Source of the DNA: Lama glama
Lineage: Eukaryota
Length of the DNA stretch: 64,000 bases
Direction of reading: 5' to 3'
Assembly (NCBI GenBank): GCA_028534125.1
Contig: CM052817.1
Span: 4,528,001-4,592,000 of the forward strand
The translations under genes and the position numbers were made by a program. Below, piece after piece: positions 62,748 through 64,000 of this stretch. Each line of letters opens with the position of its first letter. Position 1 is the stretch's first letter. The notes below the pieces were generated by a model. It was not told the DNA's origin, made no database searches, and saw only the letters and a list, made by a program, of their open reading frames with translations.

Positions 62748-63917
62748 GGTAGTGTTAGAACAGGATTTAACCCAGGCGCTTTGGCTCCAGTGGGCCACAC
62801 TGTCTCCCACAGAGTCAATTTCTTGCCCAGAAAAGGTGGGAACAAAACCAGAGTTAAGCACACGGGCAGATGATTCTCCTGGCTGATCTGGGAGCTCCTG
62901 CCGTGTGGCACCGTGTCTGATTCATTCCTGCTTCCTCCTCTGTGCCTGACACTGTGGGTGGCACACGACAGGTAGAGATCCCTTGATTGAGTTGATTGTC
63001 ATCAGTGTCATCAGTGATTGCCCTGCAGTGGAGGAGATGGCTGGTCGCTGCGTGACTGCAATAAAGGTCAGAGAACGTTCATTTAATCAGTATTTATGAG
63101 CCCTTCCTCTGGGCCCCAGACCCGCTCACGTAGATGGAGAGGAACCATTCCCAGGACTTCGGGGTGTCTCCAGCTCGCACGCTGCCTGCAGAAGAACAGG
63201 AATAGGTTTCTCTGGGCTGCGGACCCAGGGCTGCAAGGCTTGGCAGCGGAGCAGTGGGCTGGATGTGAGCCCCACTGGCCCCTGGGCCAGGTGACCTCTG
63301 CCTGTGGACCACGTTCAAGGAGGTCACTGAGGGGGAAGTTTTGTGTGTGACCTTGGGCACAGTGCTTACCTCCGTGGGTCTCAGTTTCTTAGCTGTAAAA
63401 TGAGAATAATAGTAGTTCCCGTTTCAAAGTCAAAGGTGCAGGTAGAGCAGTCAGCACAGGGCCTGGCCTCCTGTGAGTGCTCAGTAAATGTCGCCGGTAT
63501 TATTACACAAGCACACAACACCGCTGTGCGAGGGTTCCGTGTGAATTGTGAATGAACGTTATGTATCAGGGTCTTAAGCCTAAGTTCCCATGAGGGCTGC
63601 ACAGGTGCTCCCAGTGTGGGAGTCAGGCCCAGGCAAGATTCTAGGGCGTTGTGGAGTCTGGGGCAGCCTGGAGACTCAGCTCGCCCATCACCCACCATTC
63701 CTCCCCCAACACTGAGATGTTAAACCAGGGGAAAAAAGGCCAAACAGTGCACATCAACTGTGGCTGAATTTGTGAGGTTGTGACCCAACAAATAATCAGA
63801 AGTGCTGGGGATACTGACAAGAGAGACGGGCTGCTGGGTGGGCTGGCTGGATGGCAGGCCTCCCGGAGGAGGTAAGAATTCAGCTGGATCTTGAAGGACT
63901 TCATTAAAGATGGAGGA

Positions 63918-64000
63918 GAGATGTGTGTAACTGCATCGCTTTGCTGTACACATGAAACTAACACAAATAGACTGTACTTCAGTGAAAAATAAGAATTAAA
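63918..64000 (+). mobile_element. Extreme 3' end of a LINE-1
   Basis: tcgctttgctgtacacatgaaactaacaca...gactgtacttcagtgaaaaat resembles the reverse complement of the L1 termini elsewhere in the window. Confidence 0.7.

Overview
Mammalian genomic DNA, probably camelid (inferred from three tRNA-Ala-derived SINEs resembling vic-1). It covers the known head-to-head pair of Ellis-van Creveld ciliary Hedgehog-pathway genes. EVC is on the minus strand: ATG at 34972, coding exons 1, 2 and 4-10 traced with GT-AG boundaries, gene running off the left edge. Its exon 3 is not visible and probably lies in the 500-N gap at 22636-23135. EVC2/limbin is on the plus strand: ATG at 37653, coding exons 1-7, gene running off the right edge. 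The start codons are 2681 bp apart and each sits in its own CpG island. Introns hold a degenerate U6 retrocopy, SINEs, L1/L2 fragments, solo LTRs, DNA-transposon fossils and simple repeats. I see no new biological system. The most interesting observations are: an EVC2 exon-5 acceptor reading GG instead of AG, with an in-frame CAG 12 nt downstream; a strong A/T-to-G/C substitution bias in the U6 copy; an identical 13-mer in both promoters; tandem donors at EVC2 exon 7; and two assembly problems. Comparisons to human proteins, U6 and repeat consensus sequences are from memory and need confirming by alignment; repeat boundaries without stated termini are approximate.
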